Source: an uncultured Eubacteriales bacterium (GTDB taxonomy: Bacteria > Bacillota > Clostridia > Oscillospirales > CAG-272). Taken from it: DNA of 64,000 nt. The notes under the pieces were generated by a model. It was not told the origin of the DNA. It saw only the letters and a list, made by a program, of their open reading frames with translations, and did not search any database. The stretch's first letter is position 1. Each line of letters opens with the position of its first letter. Made by a program: the position numbers and the translations under genes. Where the stretch lies: the NCBI GenBank assembly GCA_958352145.1, contig CATWNM010000009.1:3-64002 (forward strand), given 5' to 3'. Positions 18,944 to 28,110 of this stretch are shown piece after piece.

Positions 18944-19805
18944 TGGCTTGTGTCTTATACCTTTCCAATATGCGGGCCGCGCAGCCCTCTGTGTCAATCG
19001 GCGCGTCCGAAAACGTCACGCCGTTTTTCGCCAGTTCAAATAAAAGTTCCCGTCCCTGCGGCACGTCCAGCCCAACGGCGCGCAATTCTTCTACATTTTG
19101 AAACACCGCCTCCGGCGTCCCGTCCAAAAACAATTCCCCGTCGTTAATTACCATAACCCGGTCGGCCAAAACGGCCTCATCCATATAATGCGTGATATGC
19201 AGGATCGTCATCCCGAAATCCTGATTCAGCCGCCGGATGGTCCGCATCACTTCGGCACGGCCGCGCGGATCCAGCATCGCGGTGGATTCGTCAAATACGA
19301 TGCATTTCGGCATCATGGCGATCACACCCGCAATCGCTACGCGCTGTTTCTGACCGCCGGAAAGCCGGTGAGGCTGGCTGTTCCGAAATTCGTACATACC
19401 GACCGTGCGGAGCGCGTCGTCCACACGCATGCGGATCTCTTCGCGCGGGATTCCAAGATTCTCGGGGCCAAACGCAACGTCCTCTTCCACAATAGTCGCG
19501 ACAAGTTGGTTGTCCGGGTTCTGAAACACCATGCCCACATCCCGGCGAACCGCAAAGACCGCGTCGTCGTCCAGCCCCGCGCAGATTTCATGCCCGCCGA
19601 CCGACAGCCTGCCGGAAACCGGCAGCAGAATCGCGTTGAGCAGTTTGGCGAGCGTCGATTTCCCGGAGCCGTTGTGCCCGAGCACAGCGACATACTCTCC
19701 CCGCTGCACCGAGAAAGAAACGCCGCGGAGCGCGGGCGTCGAAGCGCCGTCCTCGTCCGTATATTCATAACATAAATTTTCCGCAAGTATAAATGGTTCC
19801 GCCAT
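18924..19805 (-). CDS. ecfA1: ECF transporter ATPase
   Basis: Walker A GHNGSGKST, signature [11 protein letters not shown] 19805 follows a GAGGAA RBS. Confidence 0.85.
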   Translation of the reverse strand: MAEPFILAENLCYEYTDEDGASTPALRGVSFSVQRGEYVAVLGHNGSGKSTLAKLLNAILLPVSGRLSVGGHEICAGLDDDAVFAVRRDVGMVFQNPDNQLVATIVEEDVAFGPENLGIPREEIRMRVDDALRTVGMYEFRNSQPHRLSGGQKQRVAIAGVIAMMPKCIVFDESTAMLDPRGRAEVMRTIRRLNQDFGMTILHITHYMDEAVLADRVMVINDGELFLDGTPEAVFQNVEELRAVGLDVPQGRELLFELAKNGVTFSDAPIDTEGCAARILERYKTQANDDFGT

Positions 19806-19822
19806 GCAAGATTCCTCAGCCT

Positions 19823-20698
19823 TCAAAATTCATAGCGCACACTCGCTCCGCACGGGAGCAGAGCGCCGCTCGCCCGCACAGGAAGCGCAAGTTCGCCGGC
19901 GCTGCCCGCGCCGCCATGGAACGGTCGGATGCGCAGATCGGCGATATACAACATCGAGAGCGGGGAAAGTCCGGTCGTATACGAATTGATCAGGAAAAAG
20001 AGCGGCTTGTCCGAAAGCAGCTTTCCTGCCTCAGCAATCAGCGCATCGATGCATTCCTCGATCTTCCAGACTTCGCCCGCCGGTCCGCGGCCATACGACG
20101 GCGGATCCATAATAATCCCGTCATACCGGCTTCCCCGGCGAATCTCCCGCTCCACAAATTTTTTGCAGTCGTCTACGATATAACGGATCGGCGCCTCGGA
20201 AAGTCCGGACAGCCGCGCGTTCTCTTTGGCCTGCTGTACCATGCCGCGCGCCGCGTCCACGTGACAAACGGCAGCGCCAGCCGCGGCCGCAGCGACGGTC
20301 GCGCCCCCGGTATACGCAAACAAATTCAATACCTGTACAGGCCGGTTCGCAGCGCGGATCCGCGCCGTTATCCAGTCCCAGTTCGCAGCCTGCTCCGGAA
20401 AAAGGCCGGTGTGTTTGAAGCCCATAGGACGAATCTGAAAACGCAGATCACCGTAGCGAATCGTCCAGCGCTCGGGCAGACGGTTTTCCCGCCAGGCGCC
20501 GCCGCCGCTTTTCGAACGCCGGTACGAAGCGTCGGCCCGCGTCCAAAGTCCGGACGCGCGCGTGTTTTGCCAGATCACCTGCGGGTCGGGACGCACAAGC
20601 GTATATTCTCCCCACCGCTCCAGACGCTGGCCGTCCGAGGCGTCTATCAGTTCGTAATCCTGCCATTTATCGCTGATCCACATAGGTTGCTCCGTCAT
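19823..20698 (-). CDS. Class I SAM-dependent methyltransferase (RlmI/RlmK-like rRNA methyltransferase type)
   Basis: 291 aa with the SAM motif VLNLFAYTGG and the DPPSYGRG motif. It has an ATGA overlap with ruvC. Confidence 0.7.
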   Translation of the reverse strand: MTEQPMWISDKWQDYELIDASDGQRLERWGEYTLVRPDPQVIWQNTRASGLWTRADASYRRSKSGGGAWRENRLPERWTIRYGDLRFQIRPMGFKHTGLFPEQAANWDWITARIRAANRPVQVLNLFAYTGGATVAAAAAGAAVCHVDAARGMVQQAKENARLSGLSEAPIRYIVDDCKKFVEREIRRGSRYDGIIMDPPSYGRGPAGEVWKIEECIDALIAEAGKLLSDKPLFFLINSYTTGLSPLSMLYIADLRIRPFHGGAGSAGELALPVRASGALLPCGASVRYEF

Positions 20699-21192
20699 TT
20701 GTTATAGTATCCGCCGATGCGGGAAAGCGCACTGTGCCCGTGGCACATGGCAATCGCCAGCGCATCGGCCGTATCGTCCGGTTTCGGCGCCTGCTTCAAT
20801 CCGAGCAGCGTCGTCACCATGCGGATGACCTGCGCTTTTTCCGCGCGGCCATATCCGACAACCGCCTGTTTGACTTGAAGCGGCGTATACTCGCCGATCC
20901 TGATGCCACGCTGCCGCGCTGCAAGGAGCAAAATCCCGCGCGCTTCCGCCACAACGATCCCGGTTTTCTGATTGGTGTTGAAGAAAAGCTCCTCGATGGC
21001 CATATGTCCGGGTTTGTATTTGTCCATGATCGAACATACGCCCTCGTACACGGCCATAAGGCGCTCGATCGTATCCGTACCGGCCTTTGTTTGAATCGAA
21101 CCGAAATCCACGACCCGAAACGCGCCGTTTTCATAATCAAGCACGCCCCAGCCTACAATCGCAAATCCGGGGTCGATCCCAAGTATCCGCAT
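20695..21192 (-). CDS. ruvC: Holliday junction resolvase RuvC
   Basis: 165 aa. MRILGIDPGFAIVGWGV and the C-terminal DAADALAIAMCH are typical of RuvC. Confidence 0.9.
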   Translation of the reverse strand: MRILGIDPGFAIVGWGVLDYENGAFRVVDFGSIQTKAGTDTIERLMAVYEGVCSIMDKYKPGHMAIEELFFNTNQKTGIVVAEARGILLLAARQRGIRIGEYTPLQVKQAVVGYGRAEKAQVIRMVTTLLGLKQAPKPDDTADALAIAMCHGHSALSRIGGYYNK

Positions 21193-21284
21193 ACGTTCCC
21201 TCTTTTGTAAAAAATCCCAATATAATTCAATCGTATATTATAGCACATACCATCCGATTAGTCAAAGCTTTTCCCCGAATTTCG

Positions 21285-21303
21285 AAGAATTTAATAAATT
21301 CTT
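21285..21303. promoter_or_regulatory. Perfect 19-bp palindrome (candidate operator) in the ruvC / DUF951-yfhO-ruvAB divergent region
   Basis: AAGAATTTA-a-TAAATTCTT, located between the two divergent transcription units. Confidence 0.3.
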
Positions 21304-21335
21304 AAACCGCGCGGCTCCTAAAATAAAATTTTTGG

Positions 21336-21364
21336 TTTACTTTAACAGCTTATTGTGCTATAAT
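21336..21364 (+). promoter_or_regulatory. Sigma-A type promoter for DUF951-yfhO-ruvAB
   Basis: TTTACT-17 nt-TATAAT with an extended -10 (TGcTATAAT). Confidence 0.55.
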
Positions 21365-21454
21365 TTACCATGATCGCTTTTGTATAATTTTGCCGCCGGC
21401 GCTTTGCGTGCAGCTGGCAAATACCGGATTTTCATAACGTTTCGGAGGTCTACT

Positions 21455-21664
21455 TTGAAAATACTCAAATTTTGCACCGGCGATATTCTGGAAATGAAAA
21501 AGCCGCATCCCTGCGGCGCCAATACGATGCGCGTTGCACGCGTAGGCAGCGATATGCGGGTGATCTGCACCGGCTGCGGACGCGACCTGACGCTGCCGCG
21601 TGAAAAGCTGGAGCGCGCGGTCAAAAAGATTTTGCCTGCCGCCGGCGACGCGCCTGCCGAATAA
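21455..21664 (+). CDS. DUF951-family small protein
   Basis: TTG start 21455 lies 6 nt after GGAGG. The motif KKPHPCG....V.RVG.D....C..C matches the conserved DUF951 pattern. Confidence 0.75.
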   Translation: MKILKFCTGDILEMKKPHPCGANTMRVARVGSDMRVICTGCGRDLTLPREKLERAVKKILPAAGDAPAE

Positions 21665-21694
21665 GGCGGCCTATTTTTTAAAAGGATTCCGAAT

Positions 21695-24574
21695 ATGAAC
21701 GAAAACAAACTTACGCTGTACCCCGCCGCTACCCCCTCGCTGTGGCAGAAAATCAAAAGCTGCCGCCGCGCCTATTTGTTTTTCGCATTCCTCACCCCAT
21801 GCCTGCTCATGTACGCCGTCTACTATGCGTTCGGCATGTACCCCCTCGGAGACGAATCGGTTCTTGTGCTCGATCTCAACGCGCAGTACGTTTATTTTTT
21901 CGGCGCGCTACGGCGCGCGATTTTTGGAGACACAAGTCTGATCTATTCTTTTTCCCGCGCGCTCGGCGGCGAATTTATCGGCATTTTCGCCTACTATCTG
22001 TCCAGTCCGCTCTCGTTTATCGTGGCGCTGTTTCCCGAGGATATGATCCTTGACGCGCTTCTGGTGCTCTTCACGACAAAATGCGGGCTTTGCGGGCTGA
22101 CGCTCGCCTATTACCTCGACTGCCATAAGGTCGGGAACAAGCTTTCCCGCATCCTGTTCGGCACGCTATACGCCCTCTCCGCTTATGGCGTCGTCTACCA
22201 GCACAACACGATGTGGATCGACTGTATGTTTCTGCTCCCACTCGTCGCGCTCGGAATCGAACGGATGATCGCAAAGCGCAAATACCTGCTTTTTACGCTT
22301 TCCTTAGCGATAGCGATCTTTTCCAATTTCTACATTGGCTATATGCTCTGCATTTTCTGCTTTTTCTATTTCTTCTACGCGTATTTTTGCCTGGATCGCA
22401 ATCCGCTGCGGGAAAAGCGGCACTTTCTGCGCGCATTTTGCCGCATGGGCCTGTTTTCTCTAATCGCCGTCGGCCTTGCGGCCGCGATCATCCTGCCTAC
22501 CTATTATTCGCTGAACTTCGGCAAAACCACGTTTTCCAATCCCACCTACGGCTATGCGCCGAAATTCGATCTGCTCGACCTTGCCGCCAAGCTGTTCATC
22601 AATTCCTATGACACGGTGCGGCCGGAGGGGCTGCCGCTCATCTACTGCGGAATTCTGACCATCCTGATGGTTCCCTTTTTCTTTATCGACCGGCGCATTC
22701 AAATGCGTGAAAAAGTCGGGAGCGCTATTCTGATCGGATTGTTTGTCCTTTCATTTTCAATCGACGCGATAGACAAATTCTGGCACGGCATGCAGGCGCC
22801 GAACTGGCTAAACTACCGGTACAGCTTTATGCTGATATTTCTGCTGATCGTCATGGCGGCCAAAGCGTTCGCAGGCGTGCGCAGGATCCCTGCATCGCAG
22901 ATCGGCGCCGTCGCCGGCGGCTGGCTGATCATTTTGCTCATGGTTCAAAAACTCTGCGAATTTCATGAAAGCGATCTCAACCGAGATCTGCTCTGCATAT
23001 ACGTATCCGTCATTTTTATCGGCATTTATACCGGGGTGCTCGCGCTCTTTCGAAAAAAGCGCTATCGGAGCGCGGCCGGTGCCGTGCTGACGGTCGTGAT
23101 CTGCGCGGAAATGATTATCTCCGGCGTAACCTCGATCTGTTTTTTGGACGACGACGTCGTATACTCGACGCGCTCCTCCTATCTGAACAACAAGCATCGG
23201 TACGAGGACAGCGTAGATTGGATTTTGGAAAACGACACGGGCTTTTACCGGTTTGACAAAACCAAACACAGCCTGATCAACACGCCGATGGCACTCGGTA
23301 TCCGCGGCTTTACCAACTCCACCTCCACGCTCAACGAAAAAACCATCAGCTTTCTGCGATACATGGGACTTTCCTCCAAGTCGCACTGGTCCAAATATTA
23401 CGGCGCGACAGCCCCCTTCGATTCCCTGCTGGGCGTAAAATATGTCATTGTGGACGGAGAATACGATATTCCCTCCGACTATGTGCACCTCTACAGTGGA
23501 AATGAGACCGAAGTATGGCAGAATCCGCATGCGCTCTCTGTAGCCTATGCGGTCAGCAGTGCGGTGAAAGATGTAAAACTCGCCTATCCGGACAACTACT
23601 CGGACGCCTTGAAAAACGGCGAAATCGAACCCTTTACCGCCTATTACACCCCGCCCGAACGAATGAACGTTATGATCTCCGAGATGCTCGGCCTGCCAAA
23701 GACGCACGAAGTTTTCGTGTCCGTAGATTACGAATCCTCAGACAGCAATCTTGACTACGCCTATGTGGCCGGCCACGTAAAATATACACCTAAAAAATCC
23801 GATTCTTCCGCCTCGCTTTATTATGAACTGAAAGCGGAGCGCAGCGGGCAATTTTTCATGTATCTGCCGACCGATTATCCGCGGGAAGCAGCCGTTAAGG
23901 TCAACGGCAGCGACCACGGCACCGTGCTCGGCAACGAAACCAACCGCATGATTTCGCTCGGCAGTTTCGAGGCGGGCGAGCGCATACGGGTCACGCTAAC
24001 TTTGAAAGGGGACAACCTGTATCTCCGCGCTGACGAGCCTTATTTCTGGACGCTCGATATGGACGAATACACGGCGCTCTTTGACAAGCTTGGTGAAAAT
24101 CAGTTCGAAATCAGCGAGTGGAGCGAAACCCGTTTTTCCGGCACCATCGTGATCCCAAAAGAGCGAACAACCGTATTTACGTCGATCCCCTATGACGAAA
24201 ACTGGCGTGTAAAGATAGACGGGGATCCGGTTTCAACTTATGAACTGTTTGACGCGCTGGTCGCGTTTGACGCAGAAGAGGGTACGCACACGCTGGAAAT
24301 TCAATATGTGCCAAGCCAGCTTTACACTGGCCTCATCATCAGCGGCTGCTCGGCGCTTTTGCTGCTTGCCGTATGGTTCCTTGACCGGCGTCTCGGCCGC
24401 CGCCCCCGTCCGGCGCCTGCAAAAGAGACGCTGGAAGCGCCCAGCGCGGAACCGGCAGCGGAGGCTGAAAAAAATCTGAACAATACCCCGGAAGAACCCG
24501 GCGTCGAGCCGCAGCAAATACCGGACGGCGGCGCCGATGGAGAAACCGGCGTGCAGAAGCCCAAAGGAGACTAA
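21695..24574 (+). CDS. YfhO-family polytopic membrane glycosyltransferase
   Basis: 959 aa with 12 or more TM segments in the first ~470 aa, a large C-terminal extracytoplasmic domain and a terminal TM. The N-terminal region is typical of YfhO proteins. Confidence 0.8.
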   Translation: MNENKLTLYPAATPSLWQKIKSCRRAYLFFAFLTPCLLMYAVYYAFGMYPLGDESVLVLDLNAQYVYFFGALRRAIFGDTSLIYSFSRALGGEFIGIFAYYLSSPLSFIVALFPEDMILDALLVLFTTKCGLCGLTLAYYLDCHKVGNKLSRILFGTLYALSAYGVVYQHNTMWIDCMFLLPLVALGIERMIAKRKYLLFTLSLAIAIFSNFYIGYMLCIFCFFYFFYAYFCLDRNPLREKRHFLRAFCRMGLFSLIAVGLAAAIILPTYYSLNFGKTTFSNPTYGYAPKFDLLDLAAKLFINSYDTVRPEGLPLIYCGILTILMVPFFFIDRRIQMREKVGSAILIGLFVLSFSIDAIDKFWHGMQAPNWLNYRYSFMLIFLLIVMAAKAFAGVRRIPASQIGAVAGGWLIILLMVQKLCEFHESDLNRDLLCIYVSVIFIGIYTGVLALFRKKRYRSAAGAVLTVVICAEMIISGVTSICFLDDDVVYSTRSSYLNNKHRYEDSVDWILENDTGFYRFDKTKHSLINTPMALGIRGFTNSTSTLNEKTISFLRYMGLSSKSHWSKYYGATAPFDSLLGVKYVIVDGEYDIPSDYVHLYSGNETEVWQNPHALSVAYAVSSAVKDVKLAYPDNYSDALKNGEIEPFTAYYTPPERMNVMISEMLGLPKTHEVFVSVDYESSDSNLDYAYVAGHVKYTPKKSDSSASLYYELKAERSGQFFMYLPTDYPREAAVKVNGSDHGTVLGNETNRMISLGSFEAGERIRVTLTLKGDNLYLRADEPYFWTLDMDEYTALFDKLGENQFEISEWSETRFSGTIVIPKERTTVFTSIPYDENWRVKIDGDPVSTYELFDALVAFDAEEGTHTLEIQYVPSQLYTGLIISGCSALLLLAVWFLDRRLGRRPRPAPAKETLEAPSAEPAAEAEKNLNNTPEEPGVEPQQIPDGGADGETGVQKPKGD

Positions 24575-24578
24575 TTTC

Positions 24579-25184
24579 ATGTTTTATTATATTTCCGGTA
24601 CGCTGGCGCATCGAGAAACCGGCTGCGCCGTGCTGGACTGCGGAGGCGTCGGCTACCGTCTGACCATTTCACAAAATACGCTGGCCGCGCTCGATCCGCT
24701 GCTTGGCAAACCCGCAAAACTTTTCACGCACCTGGCCGTGCGTGAGGATGACATAGAGCTTTTCGGCTTTTTTACCGAAGATGAACTGCATACGTTCCGG
24801 CTGCTGATCGGCGTTTCGGGCATTGGGCCGAAAGCCGCCATGGGCGTGCTCTCCGCTTTTACGCCCGACGGCCTTGCGCGCGCGGTCGGCGGCGAAGATA
24901 TCAAAGCGATTTCGCGCGCCAACGGGATCGGCGCAAAAGGCGCGGCGAGAATCGTTTTGGAACTCAAGGACAAGCTGTCCTTTGCAGCCCCGTCCGCCGC
25001 CCAGACCGAAAATGCCAAACCCGCGCCGTCCTTTGGCGGACAGATACAAGAAGCGGCGGAGGCGCTCGCCGCGCTGGGCTACGGACGCAGCGAAATCAGC
25101 GCGGCACTGTCAAAAATCGACGCTTCCGGAATGGAGTCAGGCGAAATCATCCGGGCGGCGCTTGCACAATTTATGAAAGGATAA
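24579..25184 (+). CDS. ruvA: Holliday junction branch migration protein RuvA
   Basis: MFYYISGTL... start follows an AAAGGAGA RBS. It has HhH motifs (GVSGIGPKAAMGVL, ANGIGAKGAARI). Confidence 0.9.
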   Translation: MFYYISGTLAHRETGCAVLDCGGVGYRLTISQNTLAALDPLLGKPAKLFTHLAVREDDIELFGFFTEDELHTFRLLIGVSGIGPKAAMGVLSAFTPDGLARAVGGEDIKAISRANGIGAKGAARIVLELKDKLSFAAPSAAQTENAKPAPSFGGQIQEAAEALAALGYGRSEISAALSKIDASGMESGEIIRAALAQFMKG

Positions 25185-25187
25185 CGC

Positions 25188-26267
25188 ATGGACAGCTTTT
25201 ACAGTGAAGACATGGATCTGGAAAACCGGATCGTCAGTTCCTCTTTCTCCCCCGAAGACAGCGACAGCGAACTTACGCTGCGCCCGAAAGTGCTGACCGA
25301 CTACGTCGGGCAAGAAAAAGCAAAAGAAAATCTAAAAATCTGCATTGATGCCGCCAAAATTCGCGGCGAAAGCTTAGATCATGTGCTGCTGTACGGCCCG
25401 CCGGGACTCGGGAAAACCACGCTCTCCAATATTATCGCCTCCGAGATGGGCGTGAACATTCGCACAACGTCCGGCCCCGCCATTGAAAAACAGGGCGATC
25501 TGGCGGCGCTTTTGACCAACCTCGGCGAAGGAGACGTGCTGTTTATCGACGAGATCCACCGCCTCTCCCGGGCGGTGGAGGAAATACTCTACCCCGCCAT
25601 GGAAGATTTCGCGCTGGATATCATCGTAGGCAAAGGTCCCGCCGCGCGCAGCATCCGCATCCCGCTTGCACGCTTTACGCTGATCGGCGCAACGACGCGG
25701 GCGGGACAGCTGACTACGCCGCTCCGCGACCGTTTCGGACTGCTGCTGAAACTGGAACTGTATACCAACGGCGAACTTGCGCAGATCGTCAAACGAAGCG
25801 CAGCGATATTGCACGCGGAACTTGACGAAGCGGGCGCGATGGAAATCGCATCCCGCTCCCGCGGCACGCCGCGGATTGCGAACCGCCTGCTCAAGCGCGT
25901 GCGCGACTATGCGACCGTTCGCGGGGACGGCCGCATTACCGCAGAGATTGCCCGCACAGCGCTCAGCGCGATGGAAATCGACCAACTTGGCCTGGACAAT
26001 ACAGACCGCCGGATGCTGGAAGCGATCATCAAATTTTACGGAGGCGGCCCGGTCGGTCTGGAAACGCTGGCTGCAACCGTAGGCGAAGAAGCAGTCACCA
26101 TCGAAGACGTATACGAACCGTATTTGATGCAGATCGGCTATCTCTCGCGCACACCGCGCGGACGATGCGTCACCCGCCTGGCCTATGAACATCTCGGCCT
26201 TCCCTATAAACCGGCAGAAAGCGGCGGCGTGCAAACCAGTATTTTTGACCAGAAGACAGACGAATAA
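25188..26267 (+). CDS. ruvB: Holliday junction DNA helicase RuvB
   Basis: Walker [10 protein letters not shown], Walker [10 protein letters not shown], and the [11 protein letters not shown] sensor region. Confidence 0.95.
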   Translation: MDSFYSEDMDLENRIVSSSFSPEDSDSELTLRPKVLTDYVGQEKAKENLKICIDAAKIRGESLDHVLLYGPPGLGKTTLSNIIASEMGVNIRTTSGPAIEKQGDLAALLTNLGEGDVLFIDEIHRLSRAVEEILYPAMEDFALDIIVGKGPAARSIRIPLARFTLIGATTRAGQLTTPLRDRFGLLLKLELYTNGELAQIVKRSAAILHAELDEAGAMEIASRSRGTPRIANRLLKRVRDYATVRGDGRITAEIARTALSAMEIDQLGLDNTDRRMLEAIIKFYGGGPVGLETLAATVGEEAVTIEDVYEPYLMQIGYLSRTPRGRCVTRLAYEHLGLPYKPAESGGVQTSIFDQKTDE

Positions 26268-26566
26268 TCTAGCCAAGCGAACGTGGAAAATCTTGTGAAA
26301 CATTTTCTGCGTTTTTCCTATTTTCTCAGCGCTTCCGGCGCTGGCGGCAGCGCAAAGAACGGCCGGGCGCAACAAAAGCAAAGACTAAACCAGACGACAT
26401 TTTACAGGCGCAGACCGCCGAAAGCCGATTTCCCTTGCTTCCTGCATCGCCCATTTCGCGGCGCAATTTGCGCCAAACACTGAGAGCAGGCGCAGCTTTA
26501 TGCCATGTTCGTGCAAAATATGAAAAATCTCTCAACTTTTTTTCATAAATATTGGCAAAAAGGAAA

Positions 26567-26596
26567 TTGACGTCCTGCCTGCATGTATGCTATGAT
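26567..26596 (+). promoter_or_regulatory. Sigma-A type promoter for the decarboxylase beta/gamma genes
   Basis: TTGACG-18 nt-TATGAT, ~35 nt upstream of GTG 26632. Confidence 0.5.
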
Positions 26597-26631
26597 TGCA
26601 AAGGAAAATTTATTATTTTGGAGTATACACC

Positions 26632-27753
26632 GTGCAGATACTATACGAAAATTTACTTGAAATTACTTGGCAGCACATCGTAATGTGGCTGATCGGCGGT
26701 CTTTTGATTTATCTGGCAATCAAACGGGATATGGAACCGACGCTGCTGCTGCCTCTAGGCTTTGGAACGCTTTTAGTCAATATACCGTTTTCCGGCGCAA
26801 TTACACAGATCGCAGAAAACGGAGAGGCCGAAGCCGGCGCGCTGACCACGCTCTTCAACGCCGGTATTTCCAATGAATTATTTCCGCTCATTCTCTTTAT
26901 CGGCATCGGCGCTATGATCGACTTCTCGCCTATTTTGGCCAGCCCCAAGCTCATGCTGTTCGGCGCAGCGGCGCAGTTTGGCATATTCTTTACATTCTGC
27001 GTAGCTTCTATGTTCTTCGATCTTGAAGACGCGGCCTCTATCGGTATTATCGGCGCGGCGGACGGGCCTACGGCCATTGTCGTGGCGCAAAAGCTCGGTT
27101 CCGCTTATCTCGGCGCGATCATGGTTGCTGCTTACTCGTATATGGCCCTCGTACCGATCATCCAGCCGCCAGTCATTCGGCTTCTGACCACAAAAAAAGA
27201 GCGTATGATCCGGATGCCTTACAAAGGCGACAGCGTCTCTAAAACCACAAAAATTCTGTTTCCAATCGTCATTACGGTCGTTGCAGGCGTAGTGGCGCCT
27301 TCATCAGTCGCGCTGATCGGATTTTTGATGTTCGGCAATCTCATTCGGGAATGCGGCGTTCTGGATTCTCTCTCCGAAACTGCGCAAAAGGTTTTAGCCA
27401 ATCTTGTGACGATCTTCCTCGGTCTCACGATCGCCGCGCAGATGCAGGCTGAAAAATTTCTGCGCACTGAAACGCTCCTGATTCTGGGCCTCGGCCTCTT
27501 CGCGTTTGTCTTTGACACGGCGGGCGGCGTAATCTTTGCAAAAATCCTGAATCTCTTCTCCAAGGAAAAAATTAATCCGATGATCGGTGCAGCGGGCATA
27601 TCCGCGTTTCCGATGTCCGGGCGCGTCGTGCACAAAATGGGGCTGAAAGAAGATCCTCAGAATTTTCTGCTGATGCATTCAATCGGTGTCAACGTTTCCG
27701 GACAGATCGCCTCCGTCATTGCAGGCGGTTTGATTCTCAGCTTTTTCGGTTAA
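26632..27753 (+). CDS. Sodium-ion-translocating decarboxylase beta subunit (OadB/GcdB/MmdB family)
   Basis: Conserved motifs GAADGPTAIV, FGNLIRECGV and AAGISAFPMSGRVV. I prefer GTG 26632 (GGAG 8 nt upstream) over the track's TTG 26596. Confidence 0.85.
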   Translation: MQILYENLLEITWQHIVMWLIGGLLIYLAIKRDMEPTLLLPLGFGTLLVNIPFSGAITQIAENGEAEAGALTTLFNAGISNELFPLILFIGIGAMIDFSPILASPKLMLFGAAAQFGIFFTFCVASMFFDLEDAASIGIIGAADGPTAIVVAQKLGSAYLGAIMVAAYSYMALVPIIQPPVIRLLTTKKERMIRMPYKGDSVSKTTKILFPIVITVVAGVVAPSSVALIGFLMFGNLIRECGVLDSLSETAQKVLANLVTIFLGLTIAAQMQAEKFLRTETLLILGLGLFAFVFDTAGGVIFAKILNLFSKEKINPMIGAAGISAFPMSGRVVHKMGLKEDPQNFLLMHSIGVNVSGQIASVIAGGLILSFFG

Positions 27754-27765
27754 GGAGGATTCATT

Positions 27766-27936
27766 GTGCAGTTCAATCCAATGCATTTCATCGACAACCT
27801 CTATTATATGGGGATCGGCATGGCGGGCATTTTTATCGTCATCGGCCTGATTATTCTGATAACTGTTTTATTAAATAAGATCACGGCAAAAAAGAAAAAA
27901 ACCTCCGGCGAAGATCTACAAAATAAAAAAAAATAA
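27766..27936 (+). CDS. OadG-like small membrane subunit (56 aa, below the ORF-track cutoff)
   Basis: GTG 27766 lies 7 nt after GGAGG, immediately after the beta-subunit stop. Sequence VQFNPMHFIDNLYYMGIGMAGIFIVIGLIILITVLLNKITAKKKK... has a single TM and a basic tail, like decarboxylase gamma chains. Confidence 0.6.
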   Translation: MQFNPMHFIDNLYYMGIGMAGIFIVIGLIILITVLLNKITAKKKKTSGEDLQNKKK

Positions 27937-27952
27937 AACAAAATAAAAATGT

Positions 27953-27983
27953 CATCCAGAGCGGACATGCGCCGCTCTGGATG
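27953..27983 (+). terminator. Hairpin terminator after the beta/gamma pair
   Basis: Perfect 12-bp stem CATCCAGAGCGG-acatgcg-CCGCTCTGGATG followed by a weak U tract (CGTCTTT). Confidence 0.55.
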
Positions 27984-28044
27984 CGTCTTTAGGCTTAGCA
28001 AGTGCCGCCGCACCAGCGACGAGCACCCCAAGCCTAAAACAAAG

Positions 28045-28093
28045 TTTTTTGACAAACTCAAAGGCGGTTTCCACTCCGAAACCGCCTCTTTTG
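28045..28093. repeat. Third copy of the TTTTT-GACA-ACTCAAA-G + hairpin intergenic repeat; doubles as a terminator
   Basis: TTTTTTGACAAACTCAAAGGCGGTTTC-cactcc-GAAACCGCCTCTTTTG resembles the 6063-6097 arm. It lies 20 nt from the stop of the BNR gene. Confidence 0.5.
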
Positions 28094-28110
28094 CAACATC
28101 AAAATGTCCG

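Noticed and set aside
21193-21454. Searched the ruvC/ruvAB divergent spacer for a LexA (Cheo) box, GAAC-N4-GTTC.
   Set aside because: No match was found. The only palindrome present (AAGAATTTAaTAAATTCTT) has a different half-site and spacing, so I do not call SOS regulation.
26596-26631. Track start (TTG 26596) for the decarboxylase beta subunit.
   Set aside because: It overlaps the predicted -10 box and has no RBS. GTG 26632 has a GGAG 8 nt upstream and gives a typical family N-terminus.
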